Below are positions 15,641 to 24,306 of a stretch of DNA of 41,469 nt, piece after piece. Each line of letters begins with the position of its first letter. The first letter of the stretch is position 1. The DNA is taken from positions 1 to 41,469 of the forward strand of contig JAZDKT010000078.1 in NCBI GenBank assembly GCA_043802685.1. Direction: 5' to 3'. The position numbers and the translations under genes are program-made. The stretch comes from Candidatus Falkowbacteria bacterium (GTDB lineage Bacteria > Patescibacteriota > Patescibacteriia > Patescibacteriales > VMTK01). Under the pieces are notes generated by a model. It saw nothing but the letters and a program-made list of their open reading frames with translations, ran no database searches and was not told where the DNA came from.

Positions 15641-16087
15641 ATGGCGCTAAAAGAATATCAGGTTAAAAGAAAATTCAATAAAACCACTGAACCAAAAGGA
15701 GAAATTAATAAAAAAAATTTGTCCCGTTTTGCGGTGCAAAAGCATCAGGCGCGAAATCTGCATTATGATTTTCGTTTGGAAATGAACGGCGTTCTTAAGT
15801 CCTGGGCAGTGCCCAAGGGAGTGCCTGAAGCAAGGGGCGTAAAACGGCTGGCTGTGCAGGTTGAAAACCACCCGGTGGATTATATAAATTTTTCCGGCAT
15901 AATACCGGAAGGCGAATACGGAGCCGGCGAAGTCAAGATATGGGACAAAGGAAATTGGAAGCTAATCAGCGGAAGCTTAACAACCGGCAGCATGAAATTT
16001 ATTCTGAATGGTAAAAAATTAAAAGGAGAATACGCGATCTTTCAGCTTAAAGATAATAAAAAAAATTGGCTCATTTTTAAAATTTAA
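15641..16087 (+). CDS. stand-alone LigD-type 3'-phosphoesterase domain protein
   Basis: FAVQKHQARNLHYDFRLEMNGVLKSWAVPKGVP....KRLAVQVENHPVDY..F.G.IPEGEYGAGEVKIWD is the LigD PE-domain signature. Confidence 0.8.
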   Translation: MALKEYQVKRKFNKTTEPKGEINKKNLSRFAVQKHQARNLHYDFRLEMNGVLKSWAVPKGVPEARGVKRLAVQVENHPVDYINFSGIIPEGEYGAGEVKIWDKGNWKLISGSLTTGSMKFILNGKKLKGEYAIFQLKDNKKNWLIFKI

Positions 16088-16162
16088 AGAATATAGGAAT
16101 TAAGCTTTTGAATACTAAATTTTTAAAGCCATTGTTTTGTCTATTTGGAAAATCCCTGCAGA

Positions 16163-16232
16163 CATTGTTAAATTGTTACATTGTTAAATTGCTAACATTA
16201 AAACAATTTAACAATTTAGCAATGTAACAATT
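16163..16232. repeat. intergenic inverted word array (AATTGTTA family)
   Basis: cattgttaaattgttacattgttaaattgctaac faces aatttaacaatttagcaatgtaacaatt. The same words recur at 20855-20882. Confidence 0.8.
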
Positions 16233-16390
16233 CAGATATTAATATAAGCGATAGCTGTATATGTAAAATGTGTATAAATTATATTCAAACGCGTAATTCC
16301 TAAAACTAATAAAATAATTTTAACGCTCGATACATATCTCGGGCGTTTGCTTTTTAAACGGCTTTGGGCTAAAATATAGTATATGAATAA

Positions 16391-16482
16391 CGAATTAGGA
16401 ATTAGGAATTATGGTTTTTAAAATTGTAATTTATTGTTTTATTATCCATAATTCCTAATTCATAATTCATAATTCATAATTC
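16391..16482. repeat. intergenic inverted word array (GAATTAG / CATAATT family)
   Basis: cgaattaggaattaggaattatgg faces ccataattcctaattcataattcataattcataattc. Confidence 0.85.
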
Positions 16483-16490
16483 AAAAACTA

Positions 16491-17501
16491 ATGAACTACA
16501 TTATAGTTATCGCTTTAATTTTGTTTTCAGCGCTTTTTTCCGGGCTTACTCTGGGATTTTTTAGTTTGAACCGCGACGATCTAAAAAGAAAAGCGCATCT
16601 TGGGGACAAACGGGCAAAAAAAATTTATAGCTTGCGCAAAAACGGAAATCTTCTGCTCTGTACTTTGCTTATAGGAAATATCGCGGTAAATTCCGCTATT
16701 TCTATTTTTTTGGGATCAATCGCCAGCGGTGTAACCGCCGGAATCACGGCTACCGGTTTAATAGTAATATTCGGAGAAATAATTCCGCAAGCCAGCTTCT
16801 CGCGCCATGCCTTAACGCTTGGCGCGAAATTCGTCTGGCTGGTGCGGATTCTGGTGATTATCTTATATCCTGTTTGCTGGCCGCTGTCTAAAATACTGGA
16901 CAAGATTCTGGGGGATGAAATGCCGACAATTTATTCCAAGCATGAAATAGCAAAACTGATAGAAGACCACGAAGACTTGAAAGGAAGCGATGTTGACCGC
17001 GATGAAGAAAGGATTATCAAAGGCGCCCTGTCTTATTCGGAAAAAACCGTAGAGGACATAATGACTCCCCGCACGGAAGTTATCCTGCTGCAAGCGGATC
17101 AAATTCTGGACAAAAAAATAATAACCAAAATTAAAAAATCAGGGCATTCAAGAATACCTATATATGAAAAGGATCCGGATGATATTATCAGTGTTTTATA
17201 CGTAAAAGACATGCTGGGAGAAAACCTGAAAAATAAAACAGCCGGCGAGATCGCGAAAAGAAGCGCGATTTTCGTAGATTGCGGCAAGCCGTTAGACGAC
17301 TTGCTCAATGAATTCAAAAAGAAAAAAAATCACTTATTTATTGTCTTAAATCAATTCGGCGGAATTTCAGGCATTGTTACCATTGAAGATGTGCTGGAAG
17401 AAATAATCGGCGTGGAGATAGTGGATGAATTTGACGTATATGAAGACCTGCAAAAGGTAGCAAAGAAAAAAGCAAAGAAAAAAAATCTTAACAAAGTCTA
17501 G
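16491..17501 (+). CDS. CNNM/DUF21 transmembrane domain + CBS-pair protein (HlyC/CorC-type transporter family)
   Basis: Four N-terminal TM helices with LTLGFFSL. and the GEIIPQ motif, then a CBS-pair region (VEDIMTPR ... GIVTIEDVLEEIIG). It lacks the CorC_HlyC C-terminal domain. Confidence 0.8.
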   Translation: MNYIIVIALILFSALFSGLTLGFFSLNRDDLKRKAHLGDKRAKKIYSLRKNGNLLLCTLLIGNIAVNSAISIFLGSIASGVTAGITATGLIVIFGEIIPQASFSRHALTLGAKFVWLVRILVIILYPVCWPLSKILDKILGDEMPTIYSKHEIAKLIEDHEDLKGSDVDRDEERIIKGALSYSEKTVEDIMTPRTEVILLQADQILDKKIITKIKKSGHSRIPIYEKDPDDIISVLYVKDMLGENLKNKTAGEIAKRSAIFVDCGKPLDDLLNEFKKKKNHLFIVLNQFGGISGIVTIEDVLEEIIGVEIVDEFDVYEDLQKVAKKKAKKKNLNKV

Positions 17502-17727
17502 ATGTAATGCGAACCTTTTAATAATATAGAAACTTATAGAAACTTGCTCCTCGCTGTCGCTCGTCGCGAAATTTATAGAAACTTAATCGCAGTTTGCCAA
17601 GTAGCTATTTAATTTCCATAAGTTTCGCTCCGAAGCGAAGCTGAGGAGTAAATTTCTATTAGTTTCTTTTGAATATTCGCAATTAGCTGGTTAACATTTA
17701 TTTGCAGATTAGCATTATATTATTTGT

Positions 17728-20700
17728 ATGGATAACTACAACCACCAAAAAATTGAAAAAAAGTGGGCGGAAAAATGGGTTAAGGATAAAACTTTTACGC
17801 CGGATCTGAAAAAAGCCAAAAATCCTTATTACGCGCTGTTTATGTTCCCCTACCCCAGCGCGGAGGGTTTGCATATCGGCAATTTTTACGCGTTTACTTG
17901 CGTGGATGTGATGGCGAAATATAAAAAATTGCAGGGCAAAGATGTATTTGAGCCGATCGGCTTTGACGCTTTTGGCATGCACAGCGAGAATTACGCCTTG
18001 AAAATTAACGAAACCCCGAGAAAAATGCTTAACCGAACCATAGCTAATTTTAGGAACCAGCTAAGCTCGGCCGGATTGGGATGCGATTGGACGCGTGAAG
18101 TGGATACGACAGATCCTGAATATTATAAATGGACTCAGTGGATATTTGCCAAGCTTTTTGAAAAAGGCCTGGCTTACCAAAAAGAAGCTCTGCTGAACTG
18201 GTGTCCGGGCTGTAAAACAGTCCTGGCTGACGAGCAGATTGAAAACGGGGTCTGCGAAAGATGCAAAACCGCTCCGGAAAAAAAGATCATGAAGCAATGG
18301 TTTTTTAGAATAACCGCTTACGCCCAGCGCCTGCTTGACGGCCTGGAAACAATGGACTGGTCGGATATTACCAAGCACGCGCAGAGGAATTGGATTGGGA
18401 GATCGGAAGGAGCGATGATTAAGTTTGAAGTAAGAAGTAAGAAGTTAGAAGTAAAAAAAATCATTGAAGTCTTTACTACTCGCCCGGATACTTTATTTGG
18501 GGCGACTTATTTTGTCATGTCTCCGGAACATCCTCTTGTTGAAAAGATAACTTCTCCCGAGCAAAAAAAAGAAGTGGAAAAATACATTAAAAAAACAGGG
18601 GCAAAATCCGACCTTGAGCGCGCTGAAGCCAAAGAAAAAACAGGAGTATTTACCGGCGCTTACGCCGTGAATCCGGTAAACAATGAAAAAATTCCTGTCT
18701 GGATCGCTGATTATGTCTTAATGGGCTATGGCACCGGCGCGATTATGGCAGTGCCGGCGCATGACGAGCGGGATTTTGAATTTGCCAAGAAATATGGTTT
18801 GCCGATAAGGCAGGTTGTGGCGGGAAAAACACAAAAACACAAAAACACAAAAACACAAAAACACTGTTTAATTATTCATGGTTCACCGCGGTGTGACAAA
18901 AGTAAAGATACGGATTATACACCCGATAATATAAAGCACTGGCTTGGCTGGTTAAAGAAAAGATTAGAAAATAATAATTATAAGGTATATAATCCGCAAA
19001 TGCCGACTCCGTGGGAGCCGGATTATCAGGAATGGAAAAAACAAATTGATAAATTAGATATTAACGAAAATTCTGTGATTGTTGGCCATAGCGCTGGCGG
19101 CGCGTTTGCTGTTCGCTGGTTGAGTGAAAATAAGAAAAAAATTGACAAATTAATACTTATTGCAGCCGGCAAGACTATTACAGATGATAATAAGAGATTG
19201 CATAATTTTTATGATTTTAAAATTAATCAAAATATAAAAAATAGAGTTAATAAAATAATTATTTTTGTTTCCGAAGATGAAAAAAAATATAGAATAGCAA
19301 GCGCTAAATTATATCAAAAAGAATTGGGCGGTGAATTGCAGATATTAAAAGATAGAGGACATTTCACTGTTGCAGCTAGCCCAATCAATAAAGAGTTTCC
19401 AGAATTATTAGAAGAAATTCTAAAACAAGAATGTTTTGCCGGCGATGGCATAAACATAAACTCTGATTTTTTAAACGGCTTAACAACTAAAGAAGCAAAA
19501 GAAAAAATAATTCAATGGCTGGAGGAAAATGAACTGGGCAAAGGAACTGTGAATTATAAATTGCGCGACTGGTGCATTAGCCGGCAAAGATACTGGGGTC
19601 CGCCTGTGCCGATTGTTTACTGTAATAAATGCGGGGTTCAAGCCGTGCCTGAAAAAGATTTGCCGGTGGAGCTGCCTGAGATGGAAAAGGGCTGGGAGCC
19701 GGCCGGAGACGGACGCGGACCGCTGGCCAAAGTAAATAAATTTATGAAAACCACTTGCCCGAAATGCGGCGGTCCGGCCGAACGCGAGCCGGATGTAATG
19801 GATAATTTTTTAGATTCTGCATGGTATTACTTCCGCTATATTTCTCCGCGCGACAACAAAAACATATTTGATAAAAAATTAAGCAAAAAATGGCTGCCGG
19901 TGGATCTGTATGTCGGCGGCAACGAACACGCAGTACTTCATCTGATGTACACCCGCTTTATCGCCATGGCTTTTCATGATCTTGGTTTAATTGATTTTGA
20001 CAATCCTTTTAAAAAATTCCGAGCCAACGGCATGATCCTGAAAGACGGCAAAAAAATGAGCAAGTCAAAAGGCAATGTCGTCAGCCCGGAAGAATACGGC
20101 GCCAAAGTCGGCTATGACGCGCTAAAAACTTATCTTTTATTTTTGGGGCCGTTGAATGAAGACCGATCATTTAGCGATGCGGGCGTGCAAGGCGCCAAGC
20201 GCTGGATGGAGAGGATAGATCGGCTTAAAGAAAAAATTCACCCCGTTAAATATGTATCGCCCCGTGAAACCGCTTCGTGGCAACGGGGCAAACTTGACGG
20301 CGGTCTTAAACTACCGTCTGTAGCTAATTCATTTAACGGGGTAAAGAATAATTATGAAGATGATAAAAAAATAATAAAAAAACTGCATCAAACCATTAAA
20401 GCGGTAACAGACGATTTTGAAGATCAAAAATACAACACGGCAGTGGCTCGCCTGATGGAGCTTACCAACAGCTTGAGCGCGGAAAAAAATATTTCCGGTA
20501 AAACTTGGGAAAAATTCTTAATTCTTATCGCTCCTTTCGCGCCTGCCTTAGCCGAAGAGCTGTGGTCCTCCTTCGCTAAAGCTACGGCGGATGAAAGCAA
20601 AAAATGCAAACAGTCAATTTTCAATCAAAGGTGGCCGAAACATAATCCTAAATTAATTAAAGACGATATTATTAATCTTGTGATTCAAATCAACGGCAAA

Positions 20701-20856
20701 TTGCGCGATACTATTGAGGCGCCAATTAATATAAGCGAGAAAGAAGCGCAAAAAATCGCTTTGGAGAGTGATAAGATTAAAAAGTGGACGAACGGCAAAA
20801 AAATTATTAAAGTGATATTTGTTAAGGGGAAACTAGTGAATATTGTAATAAAATAA
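17728..20856 (+). CDS. leuS: leucyl-tRNA synthetase with several insertions, including an alpha/beta-hydrolase domain
   Basis: HIGN (HIGH-type) motif, CP1 editing-domain TTRPDTLFGATY, YKLRDWCISRQRYWG, and KMSKS (KMSKSKGN). At 1042 aa it is about 200 aa longer than typical bacterial LeuRS. Confidence 0.92.
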   Translation: MDNYNHQKIEKKWAEKWVKDKTFTPDLKKAKNPYYALFMFPYPSAEGLHIGNFYAFTCVDVMAKYKKLQGKDVFEPIGFDAFGMHSENYALKINETPRKMLNRTIANFRNQLSSAGLGCDWTREVDTTDPEYYKWTQWIFAKLFEKGLAYQKEALLNWCPGCKTVLADEQIENGVCERCKTAPEKKIMKQWFFRITAYAQRLLDGLETMDWSDITKHAQRNWIGRSEGAMIKFEVRSKKLEVKKIIEVFTTRPDTLFGATYFVMSPEHPLVEKITSPEQKKEVEKYIKKTGAKSDLERAEAKEKTGVFTGAYAVNPVNNEKIPVWIADYVLMGYGTGAIMAVPAHDERDFEFAKKYGLPIRQVVAGKTQKHKNTKTQKHCLIIHGSPRCDKSKDTDYTPDNIKHWLGWLKKRLENNNYKVYNPQMPTPWEPDYQEWKKQIDKLDINENSVIVGHSAGGAFAVRWLSENKKKIDKLILIAAGKTITDDNKRLHNFYDFKINQNIKNRVNKIIIFVSEDEKKYRIASAKLYQKELGGELQILKDRGHFTVAASPINKEFPELLEEILKQECFAGDGININSDFLNGLTTKEAKEKIIQWLEENELGKGTVNYKLRDWCISRQRYWGPPVPIVYCNKCGVQAVPEKDLPVELPEMEKGWEPAGDGRGPLAKVNKFMKTTCPKCGGPAEREPDVMDNFLDSAWYYFRYISPRDNKNIFDKKLSKKWLPVDLYVGGNEHAVLHLMYTRFIAMAFHDLGLIDFDNPFKKFRANGMILKDGKKMSKSKGNVVSPEEYGAKVGYDALKTYLLFLGPLNEDRSFSDAGVQGAKRWMERIDRLKEKIHPVKYVSPRETASWQRGKLDGGLKLPSVANSFNGVKNNYEDDKKIIKKLHQTIKAVTDDFEDQKYNTAVARLMELTNSLSAEKNISGKTWEKFLILIAPFAPALAEELWSSFAKATADESKKCKQSIFNQRWPKHNPKLIKDDIINLVIQINGKLRDTIEAPINISEKEAQKIALESDKIKKWTNGKKIIKVIFVKGKLVNIVIK
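18826..18864. repeat. tandem 8-mer array ACACAAAA inside leuS
   Basis: aaaacacaaaaacacaaaaacacaaaaacacaaaaacac encodes ...KTQKHKNTKTQKH... Confidence 0.9.
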
Positions 20857-20903
20857 ATTGTTAAATTGCTCAATTGTTAAGCGGAGAAGATTTTGAAAAA
20901 CAA

Positions 20904-22115
20904 ATGAAGACAATAAAAGAAGAAAAAATCCCCATAAAAATATGGCTGGACGATATTGAGCCGGGCGCGGAAAAGCAGGCAAGAAATATCGCCAATCTGC
21001 CCGGAGCATTCCACCACATCGCCATTATGCCTGACGCCCATGTGGGCTATGGCATGCCTATCGGCGGAGTTTTAGCCACTGAATATATAATCGCGCCCAA
21101 CGCGGTGGGAGTTGATATCGGCTGCGGCATGATTGCCGTAAAAACTTCTATCAGGGAAATTGACGAATATTCTTTAAAACAAATTTTAAATCAGCTGCGC
21201 GGAAACATACCAACCGGCTTTACGCACCATAAACAGGCGCAAAGCTGGGAAGGGTTTGACAGGGCGCCGGATGTTCCTGTAATACAAAAAGAGCTTGATT
21301 CCGCGCGCAACCAGATTGGCACATTAGGCGGAGGCAACCATTTTTTGGAAATTTTACGGGAAATTGATGATTCAAAATGGCAAATAAAAAGCAATGGCAA
21401 TGTTTGGCTGATGCTTCACAGCGGCTCCCGCAATTTCGGCTATAAAACAGCGAATTTTTTCCATAGAAAAGCCAAGCAATGCTGTGAAAGTAATAACATA
21501 AAATTGCCTGACAAGGACTTGGCTTTCTTAAAATTAGATTCCCAAGACGGGCAAGATTATTGGCAAGCCATGAATTATTGCCTGGAATTCGCCCAAGCTA
21601 ACCGCGATTTAATGGCAAAGCGCTTCATGGATATTTTTAGCAATATTACCAACTGTGCATTTATAAACTTTGCCCTGGAGCGCGGCTATAAAAGTGAAAT
21701 TAAAGAAAAATATATCAGCATCCACCACAACTACGCGGCAAAAGAAAGCCATTTCGGGAAAGAAGTTATTGTCCACCGCAAAGGCGCGACGCGCGCCTTT
21801 GCCGGCCAGATTGGAATAGTTCCCGGAAGCATGGGAGCGCCAAGCTTTATTGTAGAAGGACTGGGCAATCCTGAAAGCTTTATGAGCTGCGCGCATGGAG
21901 CCGGCAGAGCAATGGGTCGGCGGGAAGCCAATAAAAAATTAACAAAAGAGCAGGCCGACCAAGCGATTAAAGGAATAGTTTTCGCCGGCTGGCAGGGTAA
22001 ATTTGACGAAGCGCCGCAAGCTTACAAAAATATTGAACAAGTGATAAAAAACCAAAGCGATTTGGCAAAGCCCATAGTCAAATTAAAGCCGATGGCTGTT
22101 ATGATAGGACAATAG
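20904..22115 (+). CDS. rtcB: RNA ligase RtcB
   Basis: PDAHVGYGMPIGGV, GGGNHF, SGSRNFG, HHNY and CAHGAGR motifs. The start is placed at the ATG at 20904 (MKTIKEEKIPIKIW) because the track TTG at 20874 lies inside a repeat word. Confidence 0.9.
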   Translation: MKTIKEEKIPIKIWLDDIEPGAEKQARNIANLPGAFHHIAIMPDAHVGYGMPIGGVLATEYIIAPNAVGVDIGCGMIAVKTSIREIDEYSLKQILNQLRGNIPTGFTHHKQAQSWEGFDRAPDVPVIQKELDSARNQIGTLGGGNHFLEILREIDDSKWQIKSNGNVWLMLHSGSRNFGYKTANFFHRKAKQCCESNNIKLPDKDLAFLKLDSQDGQDYWQAMNYCLEFAQANRDLMAKRFMDIFSNITNCAFINFALERGYKSEIKEKYISIHHNYAAKESHFGKEVIVHRKGATRAFAGQIGIVPGSMGAPSFIVEGLGNPESFMSCAHGAGRAMGRREANKKLTKEQADQAIKGIVFAGWQGKFDEAPQAYKNIEQVIKNQSDLAKPIVKLKPMAVMIGQ

Positions 22116-22116
22116 A

Positions 22117-22292
22117 TCGCATAACGCATAACTCGTAACGCATAACGACCTGTCTTATTAACTCACCTGACACGCAAACTTTACAATACTTTACTTTAAA
22201 AAAATTTATTAGTTTTTAAATACAATAATTAGAAGCTTTAATTCCACAACTCGTTACGCGTTATGCGTTATGCGTTATGCGTTATGCGTTAC
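22117..22292. repeat. GTTACGC/GTTATGC-family inverted arrays flanking an AT-rich spacer
   Basis: cgcataacgcataactcgtaacgcataacg (about 22117-22148) faces ctcgttacgcgttatgcgttatgcgttatgcgttatgcgttac (about 22250-22292). Confidence 0.85.
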
Positions 22293-23429
22293 TTCAACGG
22301 CAATTTATCCCAAGGTTTTGTCGCCTTGTTTTCCGGCAGAATGATCCAATTCGCCGCCGGCGGCTTGATTGGCTTGTTTCTGCCGATTTTTTTATTAACC
22401 AAGCTAAACTATCAAGTTGAATATGTATTTTTGTATTATATCGCCGGCCATGTAATTTATCTCTTAATCCTGCCGATAGGGGCTCAGCTTTTAAATAAAA
22501 TAGGCCTGCGCCGCTCCCTTCGGCTTAGCGTGATTATGGACGGGGCGTTTTATACCTGCCTCTTCTTTTTGGACAAAAATCCTAATCTATTTTTAATATT
22601 ATCCGTGGTTGCCTTAACTTTTTCTCGCATGCTGTTTTGGCTGCCTTTTCATACTGATTTCGCCAAGTTCACGGACAAGCGTAACAGAGGCAAGGAAGTA
22701 AGCTTGATTTGGGCTACTCACTCGTTCTTAAGCGTACTTATGCCGATAGCCGCCGGATTTTTAATAATGCGGTTTGATTTTGACATAGTTTTTGTTATCG
22801 CGATAATTCTTTACTTATCAGCCGGCATCCCGTTTTTAGCGCTTCCCAGAACACACGAGAGTTTTAGCTGGGGAATTTTGGAAACCTGGAAAAAATATTT
22901 TGCGAAAGAGAATAGAAAGCTTATTCTCGCGAACACGGCCAATGGCGCGGAAAGCTCTGTCGGACTGATTATATGGCCTATTTTTATTTGGCAAATATTT
23001 AACGGCAATTACTTGGAAGTTGGCGCGATATCATCATTAATCATCTTTGTTTCTATTATTCTTCAACTAATCGCGGGGAAATATACCGATCTTTTTAATA
23101 AAAGAAAGATGCTGCATTGGGGAACCGCGCTATACGCCATTGGCTGGCTGGGAAAAATATTCGTCTTAACGGCATCTCAAGTTTTTTTTATCGGAACATA
23201 CCATGTTTTCACGAAAATTTTCAAAGACACGCCTTTTGATACATTAAATTATGAAATGATGGCTGACCGCGGACATTATGTTGATGAATATACTGTTTTA
23301 AAAGAAATAGCCGTTCAAATGGGAAAAATACTGATGCTGATTTTTGCCATTTTAGTGGCTTTAAACTTCGGGCTTAACTGGACTTTCGCCTTGGCGGCCG
23401 TTGCCTCGCTTTTTATTAATTTGATGTAA
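22263..23429 (+). CDS. MFS-type multi-pass transporter, substrate unknown
   Basis: About 12 hydrophobic segments. Start uncertain (22263, 22284 or 22341): the first two ATGs are provided by the GTTATGC repeat array itself. Confidence 0.55.
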   Translation: MRYALCVMRYFNGNLSQGFVALFSGRMIQFAAGGLIGLFLPIFLLTKLNYQVEYVFLYYIAGHVIYLLILPIGAQLLNKIGLRRSLRLSVIMDGAFYTCLFFLDKNPNLFLILSVVALTFSRMLFWLPFHTDFAKFTDKRNRGKEVSLIWATHSFLSVLMPIAAGFLIMRFDFDIVFVIAIILYLSAGIPFLALPRTHESFSWGILETWKKYFAKENRKLILANTANGAESSVGLIIWPIFIWQIFNGNYLEVGAISSLIIFVSIILQLIAGKYTDLFNKRKMLHWGTALYAIGWLGKIFVLTASQVFFIGTYHVFTKIFKDTPFDTLNYEMMADRGHYVDEYTVLKEIAVQMGKILMLIFAILVALNFGLNWTFALAAVASLFINLM

Positions 23430-23544
23430 ACACTCAAATCTACAAATAGCACTCAAATCTACGAATGCAATGCAAATCTACAAATAAAAACTCGCGCTTA
23501 AAAATAGCAAACGAGTTTTACAAAGCAAAATGTCGCTTTAAATA

Positions 23545-23847
23545 TTATCTTGAAGCGCTAATCACGACATCTAATTCAGCATCCGGAGCGCAAACGGTAA
23601 TTCGGCCATTGGTACTTTTGGCTATATGATAACCAGCCCCATTTGTGGTAGCACCGCTTGGATCATAAGGCATTGAGACCAGATATGTTTCATCGGTGGT
23701 TAGCGCGGAAAGGTCAACAATACTAGTGCAAACGCCTCCGGTTTTACATATTTCATTCGTTGCAGTGCCGGAGCAGTCGGCTGATGTAGGAATATTGGCG
23801 GGAAGAGTTCCGGTATTATCAACAGCATACTGATGCGCCGCGTTCAA
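23545..23847 (-). pseudogene. pilin-like C-terminal globular fragment lacking the N-terminal hydrophobic helix
   Basis: The pattern NAAHQYAVDNTGTLPANIP.....C.........C....C ... YH looks like the variable head of CPR type IV-pilin-like proteins. The frame is closed by a TAA 4 codons upstream of the TTG start and there is no FTLIE-type leader. Weak call. Confidence 0.3.
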
Positions 23848-23886
23848 ATTTCCATTAACTTATGCGGCTTCGCCTACTTTAAATTT

Positions 23887-24252
23887 TTAAAAGTCCGCTT
23901 TCTCTTTAATAGCTTGGGCTTCCACAGACATAAGGCATTGGCCATTAATCATACCGCCTCGTTCAATACTTAAAATCTTACATTTAATGCCGCCCTTTAT
24001 CCACCCTGTTTTAGTGATGTGTAATTTTTCTTTCGCCTCAACATTACCTTCTGCCTTGCCAGCTACAATAATGCTGTTAGCCTTAATGTCAGCCTTGACC
24101 ATGGCCGACTTACTAATCTTAACATTTTTAGTATTTTCAATCATGCCATCTATCTTGCCGCTCACAACCAAATCTGCCAGGGATGATAATTTTCCCTCAA
24201 GTTTGGCTGAAGAATCAATAATGGTAGTGGAATATTTATTTTTTCCAAACAT
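23887..24252 (-). CDS. bactofilin (DUF583) family cytoskeletal protein
   Basis: Repetitive beta-helix pattern IDSSAKLEGKLSSLADLVVSGKIDGMIENTKNVKISKSAMVKADIKANSIIVAGKAEGNVEAKEKLHITKTGWIKGGIKCKILSIERGGMINGQ. Confidence 0.75.
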   Translation of the reverse strand: MFGKNKYSTTIIDSSAKLEGKLSSLADLVVSGKIDGMIENTKNVKISKSAMVKADIKANSIIVAGKAEGNVEAKEKLHITKTGWIKGGIKCKILSIERGGMINGQCLMSVEAQAIKEKADF

Positions 24253-24306
24253 ATCTTGGTTTCCAGAATCTAACGCAACACTATGTAAAAGCTAATAATT
24301 GATTTA

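Noticed and set aside
6531-23500. Whether the intergenic repeat arrays are CRISPR arrays.
   Set aside because: The units are only 7-8 nt, directly abutting and degenerate, with no unique spacers of constant length and no cas genes. The architecture is inverted-halves rather than direct repeat-spacer.
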